From assembly GCA_028534125.1 (NCBI GenBank), contig CM052816.1:44704001-44768000 (forward strand): DNA of 64,000 nt. The letters are read 5' to 3'. Below the pieces are notes generated by a model. That model saw only the letters and a list, made by a program, of their open reading frames with translations. It did no database searches and was not told the origin of the DNA. Both the position numbers and the translations under genes were made by a program. The stretch comes from Lama glama (lineage: Eukaryota). Of this stretch, positions 1-11,335 are shown one piece after another (positions within the stretch are counted from its first letter, which is position 1; every line of letters starts with the position of its first letter).

Positions 1-78
1 TCCCTTTTCTTCTTTCCAGTCATCAGGAATAAAGAAATGACTAGTGACATCACTGAAATAGCTTACCAAACATTCTCG

Positions 79-252
79 TGCAGCACCAGCACCACTTGGG
101 AACTTGTTAGAAATGTACATTCTCAGGCACTTCCCAGACTCACTGGATTGGAAGCTCGTTGATGTGCACAGGACACGGGACAGCGGCGACAGGCTGCATT
201 TCAACAAGCCCTCCACATGACCCTGAGTTATACTCAGGTCAGGGAACATTGC
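79..252 (+). mobile_element. MER5A-like hAT-Charlie DNA transposon relic
   Basis: gcagcaccagcaccacttgggaacttgttagaaatgtacattctcagg...tttcaacaagccctcca follows the MER5A consensus as recalled. Confidence 0.75.
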
Positions 253-428
253 CTGCATATTAGAATCACCTGCGGAAATTAAAATATATATATATATCTA
301 TATTGATGTCAGGGCTCTATCCTAAAACAGTTGAATAAAAATCAATGAGTAGGGGGTCAGGACAGCAATAGAGATATTTTTTAAATACAACAAAAACTTT
401 CCCCTACAGTCAGAAAGACAATCACTGC
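253..428. mobile_element. MER5B-like hAT-Charlie relic
   Basis: ctgcatattagaatcacctgcggaaattaaaa...tattgatgtcagggctc resembles the near-palindromic MER5B; abuts the MER5A copy. Confidence 0.5.
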
Positions 429-1362
429 AATAATCCATTCCACACAATCATAGTGCAGTGGCTCCAAGGCCATCACCTTGGATGTCTCTGAAAAGCATGA
501 GGCTGGAGGTGGAGCTGGTTTTAAGTATCTCCAAACCTCATATTATAGATACTTGAACACTAAGATCTCCCCTGATCTCATTTCAGGGTTAACGCTTCCT
601 CATGTGCATCTGATCCCATAAGGGAAACAGTTCTTAGATCTTTCATTCCTACTGACAGAAATCTCAGCAACCCAGAAGAAGATTTTTAAGCAAAATTTTA
701 TACATTAGCCAAATGCAATTTCAGACATTGGTCAAATGAGGTGGATAACAGGACAAGGAGGAGGGGATGCTTACCACTGTTTCATTTTAATTACCCAGCC
801 TATTTTCTCAGCTACAGTGAATTACAGAGCATTGATCATTTATTATATTGAGTGGCATACCTTAATGAATACTAACTCATTTCAAACCTTTTGGCAAACC
901 CCAGAATGAACTGAACTAACTCTGTATCATTATGAGAACAGCCACTCAGCAGCAGCAAAGGTGCTAATTGGTAAAGTTAAGAGCAGTGAAAACATACCCT
1001 GCAAAGATATTTGGAGGCAGAAAAATGGAAGCACATTATAACATGGCCTAGAATGATAAAATTTCTATTATGTCATACAACAAAAATAAAGCCATTTTAA
1101 TAGACTCATGTCAAAGGACCCATGTCTCCTGCTTTGAAAACAAATGTGCTGGCTTCCAGTCAACATTTCCAGGGCTTACCAGCAGGAGGTCATTACCCTT
1201 TGACAATGTTCAGTTACACAGACATTATCTCCAATTAACAGGTTTTAACTACACGGATTTCTCTCTTATTGAAAATAGTACTTTTTAAAATAAATAACTA
1301 CAGAAATTATTCAGTAATCTTGTCTCATTGCTGGGACTGGAATGATTACATTTACTGCTATA

Positions 1363-1390
1363 AACACACACACACACACACAAACACACA
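1363..1390. repeat. (CA)n microsatellite, interrupted
   Basis: aacacacacacacacacacaaacacaca seen directly. Confidence 0.9.
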
Positions 1391-4300
1391 TCTGAGTCAA
1401 GAGAGTACTTTTGGTGTCCCTGAACTCTTTCAAAAGCATGGTAAACAAATATTCTAAATATCCTAATCTGTACATAAATAGTTCATAAAGACATCTTATT
1501 CATCTCAGAAAAACCTCCAAAACAAACAACAACAACAACAACAGAATACAAAAAAAAAAAAAATCCTTCCCTTTGTTGATGTAACCAAAACATTCTGGGT
1601 GTTTCAAATTTGCAAAATAAAGTAAGTACAAAGGACACATTTATCAATTGTAATACATTGTGTTTCTCATCTCACTGCAGAAGGTATTATGGAGTTCTGG
1701 ATGAGGGCCAGAAGCTCAGAGGAGAATTTTTAACACCCTCTCAATAGACACATGTATGGCTTTTAACTACACAGAGTACTGGTCTTATCAGTATATAGCA
1801 GGGAAATGATTGAAATATTTCAGGCGAACTTAAACTTGGTTGTCCTTAGGTAGAAATGAAGCATCATTCTGGGCTGAAACCTCCAATTATGTAAGATAGG
1901 AAGTCACAGAAAGACATCAGATTCGTACACTGTCAGTCTACACGGCAGATGGTAGTGTCTGGCAATGCCTTTTTATAACAGAAAATATTATTATAAAAAT
2001 ATCCACAGAAGACATTTTTAGTTCTTTGACTTAATATGTGGAAAAATTAGAGATTTCTATAGAAATTAAAGGTTTAATGCCCAACAGTGTGAAACAGTAA
2101 TTTTCTTTGAAATCTATGCATTAACTATTCTGTCATTTCTTAGAGAACTTTTTCCAGTTGGAAATCATCTGGTATTTTCATACCTCACTCTCTCTCTCCC
2201 TTTCTTGCTCTCTCTCCCTCTCAACCACTTATTTAAATTCAACCTAAATCTATATGTTTTTATACAACAGCTAAATCACTCCATAGTGTGTTGTGGTGGG
2301 CAGTAAATCACATTTTAGTCTTCCCCAATGTTATTACAAAAGAATTGCCTTTATCTCAAAGGGGATATTTCCTTATAGATGAGGTTTCTTGCAGGTAGAA
2401 TTCTCCTGAGAGCTACACTTTTGAGTGGCATGTTCTTAAGCATATTGCATTATGTGTCAGTACAATTAGCATATTCTTCCGGATTGTAAAAAGTAACAAT
2501 AGCTGACAGCTTAATTTGTAGGGAAATGGTCTGTAAAACTATCTAAGAACTAGGAAACCCAGTCCTTTTGCAGAACAAGCGGGAATAGCAGTTTTTGCGA
2601 TCCTGGTTTGAAAATGGAGGAGGCTTAGGCTCCCAGGTGGATAGACCACTCCTGTCTTATACTGAGATACTGCGGTCAGTGTGGATATTGCTTGGGGAGC
2701 AGAGGGAGCCCCAGGGGTGGCTGAAAGAGAGGGAAGAGAAATGGAAATATCCCAGCCTGATTTGGGTAAAGTACAGAAGTTGTATCACTATAGCGATAGA
2801 AATGTCCCCAAAGATTTTCAAAGAATCTTACTAGCTGGAAAAAGATCTGTGTTCTCAGAAACGTTCTATTGCAGCCGCGTGCGTTCTCCAACTAACAAAG
2901 CACTGAGCCTGGTTCTTCCCACCAGAATGAGCCTGGCAAGGTGGGCAGTGAGCTCCACTGCATATCTGGACACAGATTCAGAATGTGCAAAACCCACTGT
3001 CAGGTAGAAAACCACAACACAGGCAAAAGAGCCACAGCCAAAAACCACTATTTTGGAGAATTTTATGAAACACCATCTGTTTCCTTTGTGTCATTTACAT
3101 TGCTAAAGTATGACGGACAGTATGATTTTTCTAACTTTGATGCTTATGAAAAGGGTAACTGCATAAAAATGAAATTAACTATACAATCATAGATATATGA
3201 CTCCTTTTCTTGGAGATATTCAAGAAGCACCAGAAGGACTTGGTTCTTCCAAATGCTTTAGTTTAGTAAGGATGTCCAGATAGGCTCTCAGAGCCTGGTC
3301 TCAGTGGACTGGACTCATTTCACAGCAGTCAATCGTTTGCTGAGACCCACCGGCTGAAAGTACTTTGTGATTGAGGTACAAAGAGACATGAAACTCATTC
3401 CCTGTTTGAAATATAGGTGACAAGCAGAGAAGTATGCACATAGTTAACTGAATGTAACATAAGTTCTTGAGTTATTATTTGATAAATATCAAGATAGTGT
3501 AGGCAACAGAAACTAAAATACTCTGGAGCATATGTTCCATCTCCAAATGCTATGAACCTCTCTGCTAGAGTCCACGTGAACTCCCATTCATTTTTATAGC
3601 AAACTTGTAACAGTTAGCTAACATGTTAAAAGTCAGAAGCTGTGGTTGGTGCACTAAGGCAAGTGCTATTCATGCATATGTGTATAGTCAGAATGTAGCA
3701 CAATATATTGAATCAGAAAACATAAGAAAATAAATGCTCTTTTAAAAAGTCTTTGATTTAAAAACACGGAGGACATGTAACAATCTCTTAGTAATGCTGA
3801 GTAATATAACTGTTTTAGTTATTTAGTTGTAGAAATATGAGTGAACTAAAACAAATTTCATTCACTAACATCGCCAACATGTAAGAAAGTGGAAGGTGTA
3901 AGTCACATTCTAATTTGCTCAGGAAATTGTGAAGAAAAAAATATAAATACCATTCTCTAATTATTCATTAAATTCATGTTAATGTAATTCTGTTCATAGA
4001 ACTACTGAAGGGACAATGAAATGTAAACTTTATCTTATTAATTAACTATCCTGGAACTCAATCTTGCACACAGAATATTAATGAATTACAATCAGAAGAA
4101 TTTTTGGACATTTGGTGGATGAATAAATGTTGAGCCCATATAGTCTTTCAAAATACAAATATAAGCCTATGGTTGTATATTTCATTTCATTTTTACACAG
4201 CTAATCTTTTCATAAGTACCAAACTTAAAAAATTAACCTGTCTGTAACACTTTAGCAATGTAATTGACCCAAAGTAATGACAGGTATATAGATATTATAT

Positions 4301-4964
4301 AGATAATGCAGTTATATTTATATATACATATATATGTACATGTGCATGTAAGGGACAGAAACAGAGACAGGGAGAGAGAACTATGACTATAAATGCACTA
4401 TAATTTCAAATGGAAAAAGAAATGGGAAATTCCAAAATGCAATATTCCCTTTCTACATCCAAACATTCAAACTGCCAAATTCTACCACTTTTTCTTTACA
4501 AAATTTCTAAAATCCATCTGTTCCATGATGAAATATACATTTTATCCTACCCATTTCAAACATATCAACTACCTCATTTCTTACATCACAGGCTCCCTGA
4601 ATGCGGGGATATGCTAAACATGTGTCTGGTCAAGCCAAAATTATGAAATGGGTAGAACAGGCCCTTCTCTTTCCCCCTCCTTATCTTTGCCTGACTGTCA
4701 CTTCCACCCTGTCCCCTGATTGTCGATGCTTTCAGGCTTCCGTCTGGCTTCCTAGAAAGCCCATGTGTTCCCCTTCAAGGCCAACGCCCTCTAGTTCTGT
4801 TTGTAGTTTTCTCTCTCTCTCTACATAGTCTTCTCATTAAGCCCACAAATCAGATCTCAATTTAGAACATACTTCAGTTTATTACATAAATTACAGTGAA
4901 ATGTTAATAACTGTAAGGATGTAATCAGCTCCTAGAGGGTTTTCTATTTTAAATGCTGACTATT

Positions 4965-5100
4965 TCTCAATAAACAAAGTATTCATTTAGCACTGACTTG
5001 GCACTGGCTATGTAGCATTGGCTGAGTGAGACACAAAAGATATATAACAGATTGTCTCTGTTCTTAAGGACTTTAACACTGTTTGCATGGGTGGAGATAT
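4965..5100 (-). mobile_element. L2 3' end fragment
   Basis: aacaaagtattcatttagcactgacttggcactggc...gtctctgttcttaagga resembles the reverse complement of the L2 3' terminus. Confidence 0.45.
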
Positions 5101-5497
5101 TGCTAATATGAAACACTTTGAGCTAAGCTGTCAGTCTCTCATTCTAATATAATTGGAACTTTCAGTTGGAAGCATTCAGGGTCGGATGGAGGAGGTAGAA
5201 AATCTTCAGGAAGGACATGAGTCATTAACAGAACTCTGGGAAATATCCTGGATTTGACAAGGCAGAGACAAAGATTAAGGTCATTTTCAAAGCTGGACAG
5301 AGTATGAGAAAAGGGACAGAGATAGGAAAACAAAATAACCTGTGCAAGGGACTCTCTAGAGGCTAGGCTAACTGAATGGGACAAGCAGATTCACCGCTAG
5401 GGACAAAGTGGATGAGAGCCACATCTATCAGGAAAGTGCACCACCAGGCAGTGAAAAATAAACTTAAGTAGGCTGGATGGAATGTTCATTTTCTACT

Positions 5498-5580
5498 GTC
5501 GCTTTCCTTTCTGGAGATTGTAGGGAATAACCCTTTGCTTTACCTTTTCCAGCCTTGAGAGGCTGCTCAAATTCTTTAGC
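5498..5580 (-). mobile_element. MLT1 (MaLR) LTR fragment, inverted
   Basis: ctttctggagattgtaggg...ccttttccagccttgagaggctgc is the reverse complement of the MLT1 central motif that also occurs at ~5845-5920. Confidence 0.6.
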
Positions 5581-5584
5581 CGCA

Positions 5585-6035
5585 CCCCCGCCCCCAGATG
5601 GCCAAAACGTCATCTCTGGAACCTGGGAAGATTACCTACATGGCAGGTGAGACTTTATAACCATGATTAAGTTAGGAACTTTGCTATAAAAAGATTATTT
5701 TGGATTAGCCAGCTCAATCTTATCACATAGATCCTTAAAAATCAGTGAACCTTTCCCAGTCAGGATCAAAAGGAGATAGGACCACAGAAGAATGATCAGA
5801 TAAATGAACTATTTCTGGCTTTCAAGTCAGAGGAAGGGGGCCAAGAGCCAAGGGATATGGGCAGTTTACAGAACCTGGAAAGGCAAGGAAATATGCCGCC
5901 CCCTAGAGCATTCCAAAAGGGACAACAGCCCAGTCCAATAGCTCAATTATAGCCTAGTGAGACCTGCATCAGAATTCTGACCTACATAACTACAGGATAA
6001 AAAAATCTGTGTTGTTTTAAGCCATAGAAAAAAAT
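5585..6035 (+). mobile_element. MLT1D-like MaLR solo LTR
   Basis: ggaacctggg..ttacctacatggca, gaggaagggggccaagagccaagg, ggaaaggcaaggaaa, tgtgttgttttaagcca occur in MLT1D consensus order. Confidence 0.85.
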
Positions 6036-6374
6036 AAGCTTACCTAAGTGCTGAAATAAGTGGATACTGTCTACAAATAAAAAGCATCATACTGTATTTA
6101 AATTCCTGTTCTCCTGTTTAACAACATTTGCCATCTCCATGTTGGGAGATAAGAAAAAGCCCAATAAACTACTGTATATTTATTTTTCTTGATTCCAAAC
6201 TGTAATTTTTCTGAAGACTTTCATAGATTTGTAGTGAAGTTGTCATAAATGTAGTACGTCACACTCTCATAAAAATATAACAATCAATCTTGCAAAAATA
6301 ACATTTCTAGAACGAGCAAATCTTTCAACAAATCACTCTTTAAATAAACAATATTTGTTACTGTTTTTGCTTTT

Positions 6375-6470
6375 TTTATGAAGAAAATGAGACACAGTGA
6401 AATTAAGTTATTTGAGATCTTTAAGTTAGTGAGTGACAAAACCAGCATCTGACCTTGGGTCCCTCCAGCT
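6375..6470 (-). mobile_element. MIR SINE core
   Basis: atgaagaaaatgagacacagtgaaattaagttatttg...gttagtgagtgacaaaacc resembles the reverse MIR core. Confidence 0.6.
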
Positions 6471-6769
6471 CTTCATTACTGCACCAGCAGATGTATTTGT
6501 TTTCTTAGAATGTGATAGTGTTCTTCCGCTGCAGGGGAACTGTCCCCTGACTGTCTAGTACATTTTATTTTCAAGTCATGCAGAAAAGAAAGGAGAGGTA
6601 AGTGAAGAGACTCCAACACAGAGGGTTTTGCAAGTTTGGAGGGTTTATATGGCTGTAAACTCAAAAGAGAATCCACATAGGCCAAGTCATCTCTGCGCTT
6701 TGTTACAAACGAAAGCATAGAAGTCATTCCAAATTAGGAGTCTACTCCTGTGCTATCTTTAGAAAGCCC

Positions 6770-7215
6770 GCTATGCCAGCCATGGAGCTGGCCCTCAGAT
6801 CTCCTTTCAAGGAGGACTTGCTGCAGGAGTGCTGTCAGCCAACAACCTTGCGATGCAGCACATTTGGAGTCCACCCAGGTGTTCACTGGAAGAACACGCT
6901 TTTCATAGGCAGTTCCAGCCGTGATGGCCGGAATGAGAAGTTTGAGGAGCTGGCCATCTTTGCCCATCACAGACCCCTCTCATGGTCACTCTCTCCTCTC
7001 CAGCTCTTCGTGAGCCTGCTGCCACTTTGTCAGGGCAGCACTGTTTTCTGAAACTCTTTCAATCCAGTCCTCCACTCCACCTCTCTCATTTCACAGAGGT
7101 CAGACCTGCATCACAATCTGAAGTTTCCCTTCTCTTTCTCCCTCTCTCCTTCTCTTCAATGCATATTACCTCCAGGACGTCTTTTGCACTTGTACCTCAC
7201 CTGCACCTATGATTA
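6770..7215 (+). mobile_element. LTR16-family ERVL solo LTR
   Basis: cctcagatctcctttcaagg at the 5' end and tttcacagaggtcagacctgcatcacaatctgaag...cttttgcac at the 3' end resemble LTR16B/D; explains the local GC rise and overlapping ORFs. Confidence 0.6.
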
Positions 7216-8351
7216 CAAAGCAATCCTATCATTATAAGGAGTTCAGGAGTCAACTTCCCTCCAAAAATAAAACACACTTTAAAGTAACAAGGTTACTATG
7301 TCTCCTATGCAGCTCAGCTGCTGGTGTCTAGGATTTTCTGCTCAGCAGGTGGCCACCTGGATGCTTAGTCAATGTTGTTCCACGGGAGCATCCTAGGAGA
7401 GCAACACTGGTGGCAACAAGACTGAAAACTATCTATAAATACTTTCAGTCTCCTTGCCAGAAAAGCTGGTGTGTTCTGTTGTTTCCTCCATACCTGCAAA
7501 GAACAACCTGTGCCTTTATTTCCATCTGCTGCTTGTGAGAAAATCAAACCTGTGTTTCCTCACTAAGTGTATTTTCAGCCTTCACTGATATTAATACAGC
7601 CCGTCCACCTTTCATTTTATTAACCCAGGATGAATTACGAGCTGCCAGAAGAGGTATCACATCTACTGCACATCTGAGATCACTTCGAGATTATGATCTC
7701 TTCCCCCAAAATAATTCTAATGCTACTTATAAAAATAATTACACACATATGCAAGTGGTTGGATTTTACCTGAACCATTTCCTAGTTCCATTATAAACCT
7801 TTGTTTTTCCTTGGCTTGCAACATGGCATATGTGCTTTTTTTTATACTCTGGTAAAGTAACTTGACAGTTGGTAGCTGTCTGGCTGTTTATTCAACATAT
7901 GTACCACTTAATGCACAGGTCTCAGTGAGACGGTCCCCGAAGTCGATCCAACTGGGATAAAAGTCAACAAATGGAGCTTTGCAGGGAGTGCATTTACTTG
8001 GGGAGAGTTAAATATTTGAAAGGTGTTTAGCAGTTAAGCTTTAAGCCTAATGCCATAAGAATTTACAGGGTCAGGATCTCCCCCAGCACAGCACAGACTC
8101 TTCATTTCACATAGGAGCTCCATATGTTAGGAAATCACCTTTTTAATTAGATCTCTGTAGCCTTGTTCTAAGTTACCACTGTCACAAGTCTTGGATGAAA
8201 TCCTATTCTCAGGAAACCTTTCAGTAAACAGTTAGCTGTAGGTTCTTACAAGAAGATATTGAGACAGTCTCTCCCAGATTGCAAGTGATTTTAAATTAGC
8301 TGCTCTGAAAAGTGGTGGGTGTGGTGTTATTTCAACATCCTCATCTGTTAC

Positions 8352-8539
8352 CTGAGCCTTTTCCCCAAGGAAAACAAAATGCGCTCAGTAGTTCGCATGT
8401 CTGAAAGTGGAATTGGCTAGGGAGTTCTGCGGCCTATTCTGGCCTGTCTGGACTAGCAGATGGGATACAACAGAAATCCCCAGCCCGTTTTGGCCATCAG
8501 GACTGCCGGAGTGCGAATTCATCAGAGAAGTAAAGGTTC
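8352..8539 (-). other. Candidate exon (188 nt) of an unidentified transcript
   Basis: Minus strand: ccttctcccttgatcgtttctaaaatttcag|GAACC...GGCTCAG|gtaaca; 6 CpGs inside; no frame open end to end. Confidence 0.35.
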
Positions 8540-8679
8540 CTGAAATTTTAGAAACGATCAAGGGAGAAGGAAGTGAATGGAAAGTTATATATGAGGAGCT
8601 ATTTTGCACCGTCTGTTAAACAGATTTTCAGGTACCATCCTCCCAAAAACCCTCAAGGGAAAGCACTACTAATATTTTC

Positions 8680-8810
8680 ACTTTTTAGATGAAAAAATAA
8701 TTGAGGCTTAGTGGCCAAAGACTCCCAAGGACAAACAACAGTACCAGTCAGGTTCTAGTTCATTTGTGGATGAAACCAAAGTCCTGTTCTTCACCAGCAT
8801 GGTACACTGT
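8680..8810 (-). mobile_element. MIR SINE fragment
   Basis: ttttagatgaaaaaataattgaggcttag...cccaaggacaaaca resembles the reverse MIR core. Confidence 0.5.
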
Positions 8811-8964
8811 CTATCAGCAGTATAGTCTATAATGAAGATGTCTCAAAACTTTTGTAGAAATTGCAGGGATACCCAAAATGAGGCTCTTTTGACCCTGGAG
8901 TTAGCCTAGGCTCCAGAGATAAATTAACTTCTAAAGTCATCAATTCTCAAATTTACTATATCAG

Positions 8965-9990
8965 TATGATAGTGTGGTATATAATAAAAATATGTAGGGG
9001 GGAGGGTAATAGCTCAGTGGTAGAGTGTGTATATAGCATGCATAAGATCCTGGGTTCAATCTCCAGTAACTCTATTAAAAACATAAATAAATAAGTGAAA
9101 AATAATTAATAAATAAATACTTAAGAAGAAATACATATGTGGTCTTAGTTCTTGGTTCCTGGATCACAGCTCCCAAAATCCTTAGAATTGCCTAAGTGTT
9201 AAGAGTGATAAAGTTGTCTCCTGTTATACTAATAAATGGCTTTTGGAAACTGCTGAAGGATGGAGGCTGGTTGCCAGTGAAGCCAATTCTGTGACTGGAG
9301 GGTTAGAACTTTTGGCTCCACGTCCCACCTCTGGGAAAGGGAGAGGAGCTGGAGATGGAGTTCAATCTCCAGTGCTCAATAATTTGATCAATTATGCCTG
9401 TGTAATGAAGCCTCCATTAAAAACCCAAAGGACAGGCTGGGGAACACGCAGAGGTGCTGGGGGAGTGCTGCTCCCGCAGGGGCCATGGAAGCTCTGTACT
9501 CTTTTCCTGTGTCTTGGTCTCTGCATCTCTTCCAGCTGGCCATTTCTGGGTTATACTGTTTTGTAACAAGCTAGTGATCTAACAAGTAAAATGTTTCTCT
9601 GAGTTCTATGAGCCTCTCCATCAAATTAGTTGAACCCAAGGAGGAAGTCATGGCAACCTCTCATTTATAGCCAGTCAGTCAGAAGTACAGGTAAAACTCT
9701 GGACTTTCAGTTAGCATCCTAAGTTGGAGGGGTTTTTTGGAACCTCCAATTTGTAGCCAGTCAGTCAGAAGTACCAGTAAACAACCTGTGTTATGGGGGT
9801 TTGGTGTGGAGCAGTCTCCTAGGACTGAGCCCTTAATCTGTCGAATTGGACACTACCTTCACGTAGAGAGCATCAGAATTGATTTGAATTGTAGGATATG
9901 CAGTTGGTGTCCTGGAGAGTTGCTTATCTGGTGTGTGAGGGAATCATTCCTCTACCACTACCACCAACTTGGAATTTGGGGGAGCAGAAT
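8965..9990 (+). mobile_element. MER21-family solo LTR interrupted by a SINE
   Basis: tgatagtgtggtatataat...aagaaatacatatgtggtc...ggttcctgg...ggggagaggagctggaga-like block...atgaagcctccat...gaattgtaggat in MER21 consensus order. Confidence 0.8.
8997..9122 (+). mobile_element. tRNA-derived SINE, camelid Vic-1-like
   Basis: ggggggagggtaatagctcagtggtagag (A box) ...gatcctgggttcaatctccag (B box), then an A-rich (taaa)n tail; degenerate TSD at 8983-8996 and 9123-9137. Confidence 0.85.
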
Positions 9991-10229
9991 ACAAAAGAAT
10001 CAGACAAAAAATGTTTTCTTTTCCAAATTCCCATGGTCCTCCCATATCCAGGATCACATAGCTGACACTATGGCACAACCAATCATGTTTGGCTACTCAG
10101 TGAGTGTCGAGCTCTCCCCTCTTGGCAGCTACCACACAACCAGGCAGACCAGGTAGACCTAGTGTTTTGACCCTTTCTCTCTATTGTTAGATTTGAATAA
10201 AATCCCTTAGCTAAGGACATGGGATCTGG

Positions 10230-10645
10230 TACACCATGTTTTGCATCCAAAGTGGTTAGCATGCAAAGGAACTGGATGATACAACTTGGAAATGCTGGAG
10301 AGTTAACTCACTATAAGGAAAACATTGACCTATGGAAAAGAGAAGACACGAAGGAGCCAAAAGACAAATTTCTTCTTTCCTGCATCAACTCACATGGATT
10401 ATTCCATGCAGGATGCCCAGGAATATACTGTGTGCCAAGTAGTTACCCCTGCCTGGCACCATGACGGCTCAATGTACAGCAAGAGTCAGACATAGAAACA
10501 CAGCATTTCATTTATCTTCCACATCCTTTCCTCATCTCATTGCCCTTATTCTTTACTCTCCTTGTCTCAGGTTTGCACACATGAAATAAAACACTGGCAC
10601 TTAATCGTCACCTCAGGCTCCATATTCTAGGGAAATTGGCAAGCA
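10230..10645 (+). mobile_element. ERVL solo LTR (LTR40/LTR41-like)
   Basis: tgctggagagttaactc..ttgacctatgg and the 3' end aaataaaacactggcacttaatc..cctcaggctccatattctagggaa are typical of ERVL LTRs. Confidence 0.55.
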
Positions 10646-10879
10646 AAGCCACTTCGTGAATATAAGAATTACTACATGGGATTGTTAAACATGCAGATTC
10701 CCTAGTGTTGACCTTCTCTATGTTAAACATGGAAACTTCTGGATCATTATTTAATTACAGATGTTATCCTTCTTTCATATTAATCTGTGCATTTAGATGG
10801 TATTCTGTGGAATAACTCAATTTGCCCGAGTATTAAGTTTTTGTTTTCTTCCTCCATGCTAAGAAAACTACCAATTGTG

Positions 10880-11335
10880 TTAGAGTCAGATATATGTTTT
10901 GAAACAAGCAATGAAATCTGATTGGTCTAACTCAGTTATAACAGCACTGTTCCCAAATTTCGAAGCCTCTCTTGAAGTGGGGTGCCACCTGTCCCAGTGG
11001 ACGGGATGGTTCTGAAAAAAATTTGCCTTAATAATAAAGAAGGATAGATGAGGCTGGCTTGGAGTCCGACCTTTTCCCAACCCTTCTTTCCTAAATGTCA
11101 ACATGATGCCTGGAGATGCAATACCGTTTACATTTACCCACCAGCTTCAACAGGATATGTGACCATACGTGACAGGAAGAGGAGGAGTCAACATGGTGAG
11201 GACAATGGAGTAGAAAGATAGAATTGTGGGTCTGGACTTCTCACAATGCGGAAAAACAATAAAAAACTCTGTTTGCTTAAGGTATTTTACTTAGGCCTCC
11301 TGAGACTTAGAGCCAAATGCATTAGTAACTGATAC
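10880..11335 (+). mobile_element. Old MaLR LTR (MLT1J/K-like)
   Basis: atgatgcctggagatgca, ggagtagaaagatag, tctggacttct, tttgcttaag and terminal gccaaatgcattagtaactgataca. Confidence 0.65.

Noticed and set aside
165..192. RE1/REST-like ggacagcg half site
   Set aside because: The left half (ttcagcacc) is missing, and the site lies within a MER5A relic.
7201..7206. 6-nt minus-strand microexon tag|GTGCAG|gtgagg
   Set aside because: It lies at the end of an LTR16-like element with a poor pyrimidine tract; likely chance.
8997..9075. tRNA gene
   Set aside because: It has A/B boxes, but the stems are broken and it has an A-rich tail and TSDs, so it is a SINE.
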